From Mustelus asterias (taxonomy: Eukaryota), in assembly GCF_964213995.1 (NCBI RefSeq), contig NW_027590419.1, positions 248,001 to 312,000 of the forward strand: 64,000 nucleotides of DNA. Reading direction: 5' to 3'. Shown here in pieces: positions 38,171-52,300 of the stretch. Each line of letters starts with the position of its first letter. Position 1 is the stretch's first letter. The notes beneath the pieces are model-generated. The model saw only the letters and a program-made list of their open reading frames with translations. It was not told where the DNA came from and did not search any database. The position numbers and the translations under genes were made by a program.

Positions 38171-41100
38171 AGGAAGGGCAATAGCAGCAGCACAGTCTCT
38201 GCCCAAAGGCTTCCCCAGTTCAGCTGCTCAGAGACACTGGGAATGTCTTCAAGTGGAAACTTCAGCTTCTCACATTCACCCCCTGTGTTCAGTCATTGTT
38301 TCCTAGACAAAGCAGTAAAGAACATTGGGAGAACATGCTTCCAGCTTAAGAATTCCACAAAATCAGCAGAATTGTAAAATTATGTCAACTCTTGTACTCT
38401 GATGTGAAGAAGTAATTTTATATCATGGGCAGTCCTCATTTATTGGGAGACTAAGAGGCGTTACCCAATGACAGGATTGGCTTGTTGCTCAGTGTTGTCA
38501 AGAATTGGCCACCGAACAACATTGGTTGTAGCCCAATAACTTTACCTGCCCCTGCCTGTCTTTCTCTGCGCCTCTGGTTCTCTGTTCACCTCGGTGTCCA
38601 TCCTGCACTCTCAATATTTTGGCGGCTAATGTCTGTCTCCTCTCTCTGTGTCTCAAAGCCCCTCTCTCCCTCAACCGTTTTCCAGCAACGTGCAGAATTT
38701 AGAACATGCAATTTCTCCCAGTCTCCTATTTCAATAATTTCCCCAAGCCCCATTAGGGGACAGCTGATATGTTAGCCAAAATATCATCATGACAACTCTG
38801 AGGAAAGTTTAAAATTGAAGCAGGTGCACTGAAATCCGACAATCTGTCAGATAAATGTGAGGTTGGAGTCAAATTTACATCCTTTCGATGTGTGGAGAGA
38901 ACTTTAATAAGAGATCGAATCTTAGCAGTATTGCTGTGGTTTCAAATGTTGTAACACGAGTATAGTTGAACAGAAAGGCCTGGAACATTCAAAACAGATA
39001 AAGCAATTAATTGATGAGGATTCAGACTGAAGTTCGTATTAGTTCCGTGCATGGGTCCACCTGAATTTAAGTATATTATAATAAGAATCATGAGAACAAG
39101 AAAAAATACAGCAGCAAAATCCTGCAACAAGATCCTTCAGTAACCTGAGAATTCACTGATCTCCCAAGAAGAGGCAGTTCCTACAGATTGGGGGGTGGCA
39201 AATGTAACCCCACGATTTAAAATCATCTTTTCACTTGCGTGTAATTTATCACAGAACACGGGCAGCATGGGCTTATCGAGAATGATGGGATAGTGTTGGG
39301 GTGGAGAAGTTATTCCTTCAAGTGGAAATCTCTGTCTCTCTCCGTCNNNNNNNNNNNNNNNNNNNNNNNNNNNNNNNNNNNNNNNNNNNNNNNNNNNNNN
39401 NNNNNNNNNNNNNNNNNNNNNNNNNNNNNNNNNNNNNNNNNNNNNNNNNNNNNNNNNNNNNNNNNNNNNNNNNNNNNNNNNNNNNNNNNNNNNNNNNNNN
39501 NNNNNNNNNNNNNNNNNNNNNNNNNNNNNNNNNNNNNNNNNNNNNNNNNNNNNNNNNNNNNNNNNNNNNNNNNNNNNNNNNNNNNNNNNNNNNNNNNNNN
39601 NNNNNNNNNNNNNNNNNNNNNNNNNNNNNNNNNNNNNNNNNNNNNNNNNNNNNNNNNNNNNNNNNNNNNNNNNNNNNNNNNNNNNNNNNNNNNNNNNNNN
39701 NNNNNNNNNNNNNNNNNNNNNNNNNNNNNNNNNNNNNNNNNNNNNNNNNNNNNNNNNNNNNNNNNNNNNNNNNNNNNNNNNNNNNNNNNNNNNNNNNNNN
39801 NNNNNNNNNNNNNNNNNNNNNNNNNNNNNNNNNNNNNNNNNNNNNNNNNNNNNNNNNNNNNNNNNNNNNNNNNNNNNNNNNNNNNNNNNNNNNNNNNNNN
39901 TGCCTCTCCCTCTCTCTGCCCCTCCATCTCTCTGTCTCTCCCTCTCTCTGTCTCTCCCACTCTCTGTCTCTCCCACTCTCTGTCTCTCCCTCTCTCTGTG
40001 TCTCTGTCTCTCTCTCTGTCTCTCTCTTGGTCTGTCCCTCTCTCTCTCTGTCCCTCCCTCTGTGTCTCCCTCCCTCTGTGACTCCCTCCCTCTGTGTCTC
40101 CCTCCCTCTGTGTCTTCCTCCCTCTGTGTCTCCCTCCCTCTGTGTCTCCCTCCCTCTGTGTCTCCCTCCCTCTGTGTCTCCCTCCCTCTGTGTGTCCCTC
40201 CCTCTGTGNNNNNNNNNNNNNNNNNNNNNNNNNNNNNNNNNNNNNNNNNNNNNNNNNNNNNNNNNNNNNNNNNNNNNNNNNNNNNNNNNNNNNNNNNNNN
40301 NNNNNNNNNNNNNNNNNNNNNNNNNNNNNNNNNNNNNNNNNNNNNNNNNNNNNNNNNNNNNNNNNNNNNNNNNNNNNNNNNNNNNNNNNNNNNNNNNNNN
40401 NNNNNNNNNNNNNNNNNNNNNNNNNNNNNNNNNNNNNNNNNNNNNNNNNNNNNNNNNNNNNNNNNNNNNNNNNNNNNNNNNNNNNNNNNNNNNNNNNNNN
40501 NNNNNNNNNNNNNNNNNNNNNNNNNNNNNNNNNNNNNNNNNNNNNNNNNNNNNNNNNNNNNNNNNNNNNNNNNNNNNNNNNNNNNNNNNNNNNNNNNNNN
40601 NNNNNNNTGCGATTGGTTAGTCTGCCTGAGATGATGTTAGCTTTGGACCAATCACTGTTAGTTGACGACGGGTTGACGATAGAATCTGTATTCAGACAAC
40701 TGTCACCCCACAGGGTCCAAACTTCACCGTGTTAATTTGATTTGATTTGATTGATTTGTATTGGGATGCAGTGAGAAGTATTGTTTCTTGTGCGCTATAC
40801 AGACAAAACATTCCGTACATAGAGTGCACAGGGGAGAAGGAGAGGAAAGGGTGCAGAATATAGTGTTGCGGTTACTGATAGGGTGTAGAGAAAGGTCAGC
40901 TTAATATATGGCAGGTCCATTGAAACGTTGTCATTCTGACCAAGCAGTAAAGCTTTCCACAAAACAAGGCTCACAAATTCAACACCACTTTCCTTTGTCC
41001 AGTCTCCCATCATGCTGTGTTCGGAGTCTGATCGATGCTAAGGGCCTAGTATTTGAGGCTCTGAGCTGAACCCACAATCTGTCTGATTCTGAGGGAAGAT

Positions 41101-42035
41101 TACTGCCCACTCAGATACAGCTGGCTGCAATATCCCCTTGAAATATATCTGTTGTGTACAGAGTCACATGTTTTTTTGATCTGTGTCCCTGAAAGAACTA
41201 TTGAATAATCTTTAAACACCTGCATTCATTATCACAGAACAGGGCCAACATGGGGGAATCCAGTATCAGGGAGGGCACAGTTTAAAATTCATACAGCTCC
41301 CATTAAAGATGGAGATGAGGAGGAATAATTTCTTCTCTCAGGGGGTGGTTAGTGTTTAGAATTCCCTTCCCCAGAGAGCAGTGGGCGTTGGGACATTGAA
41401 CATATTCAAGGGAGTTGAGGGTTATGGGGAGACAGACAGCAAAAAGGAGCTCAGACCACAGTCAGATCAGCCATGATCTTATCAATGGGAGGAACAAGCT
41501 CGAGGGGCAGAATGGCCCACTCCTGCTCCTATTTCTTATGTTCTGTGTGGTACCTTCAAAGGCCACCGCACTCAGCTTCACAGGAACACTCCCTGACACT
41601 CTCTATCTCAATCACTTCCCCTCTCTCTGTGTGACTCTCACCCCATTCCTTTCCTCCCCTCTCTCTGTTACTCTCTCTCTATCTCTATCCCTGTTTCTCC
41701 AGCTGGATGCAGAGTGGGAAAGAGAGGCTGATATGGAGGGAGTTTTCATCTGTATCTCACTGCATTTTCTGAACTGCCTTGTCCTTGTTTGATGAGAAGT
41801 CTCACAACACCAGGTGTCGGTCCCCAACAGGTTTGTTGGACAGGTCCAAACCTGTTGGACTTTAACCTGGTGTTATGAGACTTCTTACTGTGTTTACCCC
41901 ACTCCAACGCTGGCATCTTCACATCTTGTTTGATGAAACAGTGAAATGGGAGATTGACTTTGTAATGGGATGTGTGTGTGTGTGTCTGCATGTGTGTGTA
42001 TCGGTTTGTGTATCAGTGTGTGTGTATGCATCGGG

Positions 42036-42335
42036 GTGTGTGTCGGTGTATGTATCAGTGTGTGTGTATGTATCAGGGTGTGTGAGTGTGTATCGGTGTA
42101 TGTATCAGTGTGTGTGTATGTATCAGGGTGTGTGAGTGTGTATCGGTGTATGTATCAGTGTGTGTGTATGTATCAGGGTGTGTGAGTGTGTATCGGTGTA
42201 TGTATCAGTGTGTGTGTATGTATCAGGGTGTGTGAGTGTGTATCGGTGTATGTATCAGTGTGTGTGTATGTATCAGGGTGTGTGAGTGTGTATCGGTGTA
42301 TGTATCAGTGTGTGTGTATGTATCAGGGTGTGTGA
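42036..42335. repeat. Same 50-bp minisatellite, 6 units (in the duplicated block)
   Basis: Identical unit and flanks to 8411-9160. Confidence 0.95.
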
Positions 42336-45300
42336 GTGTGTATCGGTGTATGTACCAGTGTGTCTGTGTGTGTATATCTGTGTATTTATCTGTGTGTGTA
42401 TGTTGTGGTATGTACCAGTGTGTCTGTGTGTGTATATCTGTGTATTTATCTGCGTGTGTATGTTGTGGTATGTATCAGTGTGTCTGTGTATGGATTAGTG
42501 TGTGTGTGTGTATCAGTATGTGTATCGGGGTGTGTGCGTATGTACCGACGTGAATATGTATCTGTGTGTGTATGTATCAGTGTGTGTGTCAGTGTGTGTG
42601 TCAGTGTGTGTATATCGGGGTGCTGTGTATCAGTCTGTGAGCTGGTCTGCACAGGTGTATTTGGGTGTGTGTGAAAGTGTGTGTGTGTATTCTGCATGTG
42701 TGTATGTGCGTGTGTGAGTATCTGTGCATGGGAGGTGTGTGTGCATCTGTGTGCCTATATGTGAGAGTGTGGGTGTGTATGTGAGAGAAATTGTGTGTGT
42801 GATTCTGTGTGTGAGTGTGTCAGTGTTTGCCTGCATGGGGGTTAGTGAGTGAAACATAGAAACGAGAAGCAGGAGGAGGCCATTCGGCCCTTCGAGCCTG
42901 CTCCACCATTCATTTTGATCACGGCTGATCATCAAATTCTATATCCTGATCCCCCGCCTTCCCCTCCATATCCCTCCATCCCTTCAGCCCCAAAAGTTAT
43001 ATCTAATTTCTTCATGAAATCACATGTGCAAGTTCCTAGCCACCTGTGTGTGTGTGTGTGTGTGCATGTACCCGTGTCTGTATACATGAGAGTGTGCATG
43101 TAGTTGTGTGTGTGTGCGTGTGTGTGTATATGTGTGTGTTGTGGGTCAGTCTGTGTGTCTCTGCTCCCATTCTCTGTGTCTCTGGAACACAGATTCTGCC
43201 TGAGCAGCTCAGCATTTGATCATTTCCTGTTTCAATATCTGCCCTTTCCCCAGTGGGACTGAACTGTCTGTAAATCATGTTGGAAGGGACCTTAGGGCCC
43301 AGTCCTGCAGCTAGGGGAGAGACAGAGAGGGAGAGACAGAAAGAGGAACAGATTGGGATTGGTAATGAGGGCCAAGGTTCCCACAAACACTTCAAGATAA
43401 GAAGGGAAATGGAGAGGACTGATAAAGAACAACTTTTTCTGCTGGTCGGGGAGTCCAGGACTTGGGGGACATTGGATTTTAGACAATGTTTCGGGTTTTA
43501 GACTTTTCGGAGTGAAATTCAGGAACACTTTGCCACACGAGGTGTGATATTAGTTTGGAACTACCTTCTATAATTCACAGTTGATGCTCAGTCGCTTATT
43601 AATGTTCAAACCCGAAGTTGATAGATGGTATTTTACACACAGGAGAAGCAATTTAAAATCAATGGGTCAATGTTAAAATAGTTGCAGGAACAGAGAGACC
43701 TGGGGTTTCAGTTCATTTTTACATCTTAGAGATTCAACCTGGGGCTCAGAATCTGTCAGTTGAATCTACTTTTCCTGTCCCGAAAACGTGTCAACAATTG
43801 TGTTGGGGAATGTGACAAAAGGTGACATTCCTGCATCCTGCACAGTGGGGTTGGGAGGTTGTTTGAAAGGAGATTCAGAAAGTGTCAATTAGATTGTGTC
43901 TCTTTGCAGAAGGTGAGTATTTCACAGGAGATGCCTTGAGATAAAGGAAAGTTTTACCAATGTCTGCGTAACTTTCAAAGTCTCCAGACGCATGAAGGGG
44001 GCAGAGATTTTGTAATATTCAGAGCAGGAGATGGGGGACAATCACAGAATTGAAGATGTGAGGCCATCTCTTGTTTCTGAATGTCAATCTGTAGCTTTTA
44101 AACTTTAGTCCTGGGCTAATCATTCCAAGTTTGCAATCCCACACTTTGCTGTTGTGAATTTTGAGTTGTAAATTTTCTGAAATTGATTCTGTAATAAAAA
44201 TCCCTGCAGGATGCAATGATTCCCATTCTGTCTGCTGCTGCAAAGCCCCAGTTTGTGTCTCAGTTTCACTCTTTATCAGCCATTTAAGATCCAAGAGTCA
44301 TAGAATTCCTACACTACAGAATGAGGCCATTCAGCCCAACAAGCCTGCCCCAACAATAATCCCACCCAGGCCCGAATCCCCCTGACCCTCAGGGGCAATT
44401 TAGCAAACGTGCAAACTCCACACAGTCACTCGAGGCGGGGAATCGAACCGAGATCCCTGGCGCTGTGAGTCAGCAGTGCTAACCACTGTGCCACCGTGTC
44501 GCCCGGTGATGAGACAGAACGTATGTTACAGTGCACAGAAATAGGCAGCATTGTCAGCATTTTAGCTGGAAGCTTCAAATGACAAAGGGATCTTAATAGT
44601 AGAGTCACAGAATCCCTGCAGTGCAGAAGGAGACCATTCAGCCCATCAAGTCTGCACTGACTCTCTGACACAGCATCTTGACCCAGCCCTATCCCCGTAA
44701 CCCCACACATTTACCTTAATCCACCTAACTACACAGTTTTGGACAGTAAATGGCAATTTACTGTGTCCAATCCACCTCACCTTCACAGCTTTGGAATACA
44801 CTGGCACGGATTTAGAAATGGTTAAAGGACAGAAAACAGAGCTGAGGTACAAATGGGTCATTTTCAGGGTGCCAGGCTGTGACCAGCGGCTTATCACAAG
44901 GATCAGTACTCGGGAGCCCAGCTATTCACAATCCATATCATTGATTTGGACGTTTGGGATCAAATGTAATATTTCCCAGTTTGTACATGACATGAAAGCA
45001 GGTGGAAGTGTGAGTTGTGAGGAGGATGTAGACTCTTCAAGGGGATGTGGGAGAGGCTGAATTAGTGGTGAAACCACACACAGAGTGTTGTGGACAGTTT
45101 TATCCTCTTACCTAAGGAAAGATATTCTTGTCATAGAGAGACTTCAATGAGGTTTCACTGCATTAATTCCTGGGATGGAGGGAGTGTCCCCTGAGGAAAG
45201 ATTAAATAGACTGGACTTTTATTTTATGCACTTTGGAAAAATGAGAGGTGATCTCATTCAAACTCAGACAATTCTTACAGGGCTCAGCAGGGTAGAGTCA

Positions 45301-45609
45301 TAGAGGTTTACAGCATGGAAACAGGCCCTTTGGCCCAACTTGTCCAATGCCAACCAGATTTTACCATTAAGCTAATACCAATTGCCTGCATTTGGCCCAC
45401 ATCCTTCCATGCCAATCTTACCAATATAACTGTCTAAATTGTACCCGTCGCTACTACGACCTCTGGCAGCTTGTTCCAATCCCCCACCACCCTATGTGTG
45501 AAAAGAATTGCCCTCTGGACTCTCATCCCACTCATCTGAAACTTATGTCCTCTAGTTTTAGACTCCCCTCCCTTTTGGAAAAGATGTTGACGAGCTTATC
45601 AAAGAACAA

Positions 45610-46195
45610 AGAGAATTACAGCACAGGAACAGGCCCTTCGGCCCTCCAAGCCTGCACCAACCATGCTGCCCGACTGAACTAAAACCCCCTACCCTTCCGG
45701 GGACCATATCCCTCTATTCCCATCCTATTCATGTATTTGTCCAGACGCTCCATAAAACTCACTATCGTATCTGCTTCCACTACCTCCCCCGGCAGCGAGT
45801 TCCAGGCACCCACCACTCTCTGTGTAAAACACTTGCCTCGTACATCTCCTTTCAACCTTGCCCCGAGCACCATAAACCTGTGCCCCCGAGTAATTGACAC
45901 TTGCACCCTCGGAGAAAGCTTCTGACTATCCACTCTGTCCATACTCCTCATAATCTTGTAGACTTCCATCAGGTCTCTCTCTCTCCCCCCCCCCCCCAAC
46001 CTCCGTCGTTCCAGTGAGAACAAAGCAAGTTTCTCCAACCTCTCCTCATAGCTAATGCCCTCCATACCAGGCAACATCCTGGTAAATCTTTTCTGTACCC
46101 TCTCCAAAGCTTCCACATCCTTCTGGTAGTGTGTCGACCAGAATTGAACACGATATTCCAAGTGCGGCCGAACTGAGATTCTATAAAGCTGCTAT
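45610..46195 (-). mobile_element. CR1 LINE 3' fragment
   Basis: EYRVQFWSTHYQKDVEALERVQKRFTRMLPG. Confidence 0.85.
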
Positions 46196-46216
46196 ATCCA
46201 TGCCCTCATTATTTTA

Positions 46217-46562
46217 GAATAGAATAGAATAGAAACCCTACAGTGCAGAAGGAGGCCATTCGGCCCATCGAGTCTGCGCCGACCACAATCCCACCCAGGC
46301 CCTACCCCCACATATTTACCCGCTAATCCCTCTAACCTACGCATCCCAGGACTCTAAGGGGCAATTTTTTTTTTAACCTGGCCAATCAACCTAACCCGCA
46401 CATCTTTGGACTGTGGGAGGAAACCGGAGCAACCGGAGGAAACCCACGCAGACACAAGGAGAATGTGCAAACTCCACACAGACAGTGACCCGAGCCGGGA
46501 ATCGAACCCGGGACCCTGGAGCTGTGAAGCAGCAGTGCTAACCACTGTGCTACCGTGCCGCC
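46217..46562 (-). mobile_element. Full-length HE1-type SINE (same subfamily as 36827)
   Basis: Reverse-complement head, V-domain and (TTCTA)n tail; sits inside a CR1 fragment. Confidence 0.9.
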
Positions 46563-49333
46563 CTCTACAAGACCACCCCTAAGCCTACTCAAGGGAAAAA
46601 AGTCCCAGACTATCCAGCCTCTCATTATAACTCAAACCAACAGGACCCCGTAGTTTAAACTAGATAGGTTGTGGGGAGGGGATAAAAATGAGGTGACTGA
46701 GGGTGAGGAAGGTAGCTCGCAAGCAGAGAAGGGTTATGGGCAGTGCAAGAGGGCGGATGGACAGGGAATAGAGAAGGGGAGAGCTCAGACCTAAGGATTG
46801 AGATGTGTTTACTTTAATGCCAGGAGTATAGTGAGTAAAGGGGATGAGCTCAGAGCGTGGATCGATGCCTGAAAGTGTGATGTGGTGGCCATTACGGAGA
46901 CTTGGATGTCTCAGGGACAGGACTGGATACTCCAGGTGCCGGGATTCAGATGTTTCAGGAAGGACAGGGAGGGAGGCAAGAGAGGGGGTGGAGTGTCTGA
47001 AATATTAAAAATATTCTGAAACCCTTTCAAAGTGAAATTAAGGAACACTTCTTCACACAAAGGGTGTTCTCGAATCACAGAACAGCAGGAGGCCATTCGG
47101 CCCATCATGTCTGCCCCGATCCCGGAAGAGCCACCCAGCGAGTCCCATTCTCCAGCCCTGTCTCCTCAGCCCCCTAAATCAATCACTTTCAAATATGTAT
47201 CCGCCTCTCTTTTGAATCCTCCTATGGAATCTGCCTCCACCTCTCTCCCAGGCAGCGCATTCCAAATCCTAACAACTCTCCGAGTAAAGAAGTTTCTCCT
47301 CATCTCACTCCCAGCTCCCTTTCTGACCATCTTGAAATTGTGACCCCTTCGTCACTGACACACCAACGAGTGGAAACAGAATATCCTTCTTCACCCTGTC
47401 AACATTGTTCATCATTCTGAACACCTCGATAAGGTCACCTCTTCACCTTCTCTGCTCCAAGGAGAATAAGGCCAATTTCTCTCATCTTTCCTTGGATCTA
47501 AAATCTCTCATTCCTGGAATCATTCTAGTGAATCTCCTTTGCACTCTCTCTCTCTCTCTGCCTCTCTCGAGGACTTTAACGTCCTTCCTTAAATAAGGTG
47601 CCCAGAACTGATCCCAGTGCTCCGAATGTGATCTGTCCAATGATTTGTAGAGGTGTAGCATCACTTCCTTGCTTTTATACTCTATGCCTCTCTTTATAAA
47701 CCCAAGGATCCTATCAGGCTCCTTAACAACTGTTTCATCTTGCCTGGCCACCTTCAGAGAATGAATCACTTGAAACCCAAGGCCCATCTGCTCCTGTAGT
47801 CCCCTCAACGTTGTACCATTGAGTCTGTATCGTCTCCCCATGTTTCTTCCACCAAAATGCATTCCCTCCCATTTCGCTGCATTGAAATTTATCTGCCAGG
47901 TGTCTGCCCATTTGGCCAACTTGTCCACGTCCCTCTGAAGTCGCTCAGTGTCATCCTCACAATTCACTCTTCTCCCGAGCTCAGCATCATCTGCAAATTT
48001 GGAGATTGTGCGTTCAACCCCCGTCGCTAAGCTGTTAATATAAATCAGAAACAGCAAGGGTCCCAACACTGATCCCTGGGGAACACCACTTTCAACTCGT
48101 CTCCAGTCTGAGAAATGCCCATCTCTACCTCCCCTCTGTTTCCTATCTCTTACCAAACTTCTAATCCATGCTGCCAAGGACTCATCCATCCCTAATATTT
48201 CTCATTTGCTGATTTGCATGTTAGTGGAGCGGTGTAAAAGGCATGCGGAACGCTTGCCTTTTTCAGTCGAGGCATAGATTACAAAAGCAGGGTAGACATG
48301 TTGGAGCTGTATAAAACTTTGGTGAGGCCACAGCTGGAGTACTGTGTGCGGTTCTGGTCGCCACATTATAGGGAGGGTGTGAATGGACTGGACAGGATGC
48401 AGAGGAGATTCACCAGGATGCATCTGAGCTGGAGTGTTTCAGCTATGAAGAGAGCTGTGGGCCACACGGTGGCACAGTTGTTATCACTGCTGCATCACAG
48501 CGCCAGGGACCCAGGTTCGATTCCCGGCTTAGGTCACTGTCTGTGTGGAGTCTGCACGTTCTCTCCGTGTCTGCGTGCCTTTCCTCTGGGTGCTGCGGTT
48601 TCCTCCCACAGTGTGAATGATGTGCTGGTTAGGGTGCATTGGCCGTGGTAAATTTTCTCTCAGTGTAACCGAACACCAGAGTGTGGCATCTGGGGAATTT
48701 TCACAGTAACTTCACAGTGTTAATGCAAGCCTCCTTGTGACACTAATAAACAAAATTAAAACTGAGATGTTGAGTAGGCTTGTGTTGTATTCATTGGAGC
48801 AGAGAAGACTGAGGGGGCGACCTGATTGAGGTGGACAAGATTATGAGAGACATGAGCAGTGTGGATCGGGAGCAGCTGTTCCCCTTAGTTGAAGGGTCAG
48901 TCACGAGGGGACATAGGTTCAAGGTGAGGGGCAGGAGGTTTAGGGGGGATGTGAGGAAAATCTGTTTTACCCACAGGGTGGTGACAGTCTGGAATGCGCT
49001 GCCTGGGAGGTTGGCAGAGGCAAGTTGCCTCACATCCTTTAAAAAGTAGCTGGATAAGCACTTGGCACATCATCACATTCAGGGCTATGGGCCAAGTGCT
49101 GGTAAATGGGGTGAGGTCGGTATGTTAGGTGGTCCTCACGTGTCGGTGCAGACTCGATGGGCCGAAGGGTCTCTTCTGCACTGTATGAATCTGTGATGAG
49201 GAAATGTTTTTAACGTAGTGACTGCTGGTATCTGGAATGTTCTGCCTTGATTCGCTGTAAGGATTCGCATTCCAACCATTATTCATGTAAATTGAGTCTG
49301 TGTCTTTATCTGCCCTGTTTGTGAACAGAATTC

Positions 49334-49378
49334 CCACTCACCTGAAGAAGGGGCTTGGAGCTCCGAAAGCTTGTGTGG
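49334..49378 (+). ncRNA. Minimal type I hammerhead ribozyme motif (duplicate)
   Basis: Identical to 15509-15553. Confidence 0.65.
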
Positions 49379-52300
49379 CTTTTGCTACCAAATAAAGCTG
49401 TTGGACTTTAAGCTGGTGTTGTTAAACTTCTTACTGTGTTTACCCCAGTCCAACGCCGGCATCTCCACATCATGTTCTGCCTGAGTCAGAGGTGGGAGAA
49501 GATTCCATCAAGAGGAAATTGAATGGGAAGCTGAAGGGAAAATATTGACAGGGTTACGGGGAGAGGGTGAAGGATTGGGAATAGTGAAACTGCTCTTGCA
49601 GTGTGTCGATCCAGGCTTGACGGGCTGAATGGCCTCCTGTGCTGTCACCATTCTATGATTCACACACAAGTTAACTTCTCAGTGTCTATTAGGCCCCACT
49701 CGTTCCTCCATGATCAGTTCCAGCATTTCAAGTTCAGATCCCAGTACTTTTTAGTTGGGGCATTGAGGAGTAAAACAGAAAGAGGAATGAGAGTGTCGGT
49801 GCGCTTATGTTTTTGTATTTCTGTGTGTGTGTGTGTGAGAGAGAGACAGTTTCTAAGTGTGTGCAAGTGTCTATTTCAATGTGTGTTTCTGTGTGTGTGA
49901 TTGTGTATCTCTGCGTGTGTCTGTGTGTGTATGTGTGTGTCTGTGTGTGTGTATTTGTGTCCCTCTGCGTGTGTGTCCGTGAGTGTCTGTGTGTTTCTCT
50001 CTTTGCCTGTGTGTCTGTGTGTGTGTCTCTCTCTGTGTCTTTGTGCATGTGTGTCTGTGAGTGTGTGTTTGTGTCTCTCTGCGTGTGTGCGTGTGTGTCC
50101 GTGAGTGTGTGTTTGTGTCTCTGTGTGTGTGTCCGTGAGTGTCTGTGTGCCTCTCTCTTTGTCTGTGTGTGTGTGTGTGTGTGTGTGTTATGATCTGTTT
50201 GAGTGGGGGAGCAGGCTCGATGGGTCAAATGGCCTCCAACTGCACATATTTGAGATTCAAATACATTGANNNNNNNNNNNNNNNNNNNNNNNNNNNNNNN
50301 NNNNNNNNNNNNNNNNNNNNNNNNNNNNNNNNNNNNNNNNNNNNNNNNNNNNNNNNNNNNNNNNNNNNNNNNNNNNNNNNNNNNNNNNNNNNNNNNNNNN
50401 NNNNNNNNNNNNNNNNNNNNNNNNNNNNNNNNNNNNNNNNNNNNNNNNNNNNNNNNNNNNNNNNNNNTTGACATATTTATTGACCATTTAATGTGACTGA
50501 ATGCTACACATCCTGGTTTGCCGATGACACAAAACATTAGACAGCATTGTAAGCAGCGTAGCTGGAAACATCACATTGCAAAGAGTTATTCATATTTTGT
50601 ACATGGACAAAACTGGTGGAGAGGTTTCAGTGCAGGGAAATGTAAACTGACACAACTTAGATTTAAAAGGGATAGAACAACATACTTTAATAAATGATGA
50701 AATGACAGAAACAGTGGAAGCTCCAAATGTCCAGATATTTCACAGCTGGATTCACACAAGACACACAGCAATGGATCTGATATTGCGGAATTGTTGTAAA
50801 TGTGGTGAATCTCAGTACGGAGGCTGTCTTCATGTTACAATGTTAATCTGATCACTCTCATCAAAACAGGATCAACATCTCTGTACAATGTGAGTGAATC
50901 ATCAGCTCAAATAGTTCAGGTTCAATGTTTAAAATAACCAGTCACTTTTCTGTGGCTGCTTTGGGAATGTCAGTGGAATGTAGTTCACAGTAAAGTGTGA
51001 ATAATTGTACTGGGGAATAATTGGAAGCAGTTTCCATTGAGAGCTTCCTGCATTCTGGAAATGTGTGTGATCTATTCAGAGATAGGAAATGGACGGATGA
51101 ATAAAGATGCAGTTTGTTGTTAATTACATGAGATTGTCTGCCTTGAAGATTCACAAGTTCCATGTGCTGAGAGAAAGGAATGATTAAACAATGTCTATAA
51201 TTCAAATCCTTCAGACAAGTGAAAAAGCAGGAGAACAACTGAACCCACAAACGCTGCCACAGACAGTATTCGAAGCTTCAACTTCATGTTTGAATGTGAA
51301 GGGCTGATTGAAATAAACAGGAGGCCACACTGGGATGCTGAGCAATTTGATCCCTGTTTTTCCTAAACTTCAAATAAAAATCTGTGATGAAACATTCCTT
51401 GGACAGAGCAGAGGGGATTTTACTCTGTATTTACCCCATTACAGTATTTGTGTTGGGAACATTTGATGAACAGTGCAGATTAAACATTATTCTTAACCGC
51501 TGGAATTTAAGTTGGGGGCTGATTTAATCAAACATTGAAAATAATGAGGGAAAGGGAGAGGCTGATAAAGAACAAGTTTTTCTGCTGTCTGGGAACTCCA
51601 GGATTTGGGAATATTTGAATGTTAGCCTCAGTTTAGAATTTTGGAATTGTAGAAATGGAAACATTGCCAGATGTGGTGTGGAGTTAGTTTGAAACAATCT
51701 TCTGCAAATGGCTATTGATGCTCAGTCACTTGTTATTATTTTAAATCTGGGGTTGATAGATTTTCCTTAGTCCAAGGGGTTAAGAGACAGAGAGTTAGAT
51801 CACAGATCAGCCAGGATCTTACTGAATATTGGAACAGGCTTTCAGGAAGATTGTTCCAGATTCCAAACACCCTCTTGATGAAGTGCTTTTCCTCACTTCA
51901 CTTCTGATCCATTTCCCCATCATTTAGAATCTGTGCCCTCTAGTTCATCACCATCTCTTGAGAGGGAAGAGTTTCTCACTCTTTAACCTGTGCATACCCC
52001 TTAGGATCTTGAATCTCTCTTTCAAGTCTCACCTCAGCCTTCTTTTCTCCAAGGAAAACAGTCCCAACCTCTCCAATCTACCCTCGTAGCTACGGATCTT
52101 ATTCCCTGGAATCATTCTTGTGAATCTCCTCTGCACTCTCTCCAATGTCTTCACACCCCTCCTCAAGTACGGTGCCCAGAACTGGGCAGTCTCCAGATGA
52201 GGCCTAATAAGTGTCTTATACAAGTTCAATATGAACTCCTTACTCTTGTCCTCAATTCCTCCATTAATAAAAGCTGGGATACCATATACTTCATTTACTG

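Noticed and set aside
39137-40735. Long ORFs spanning N-gaps
   Set aside because: Artefacts of unknown bases.
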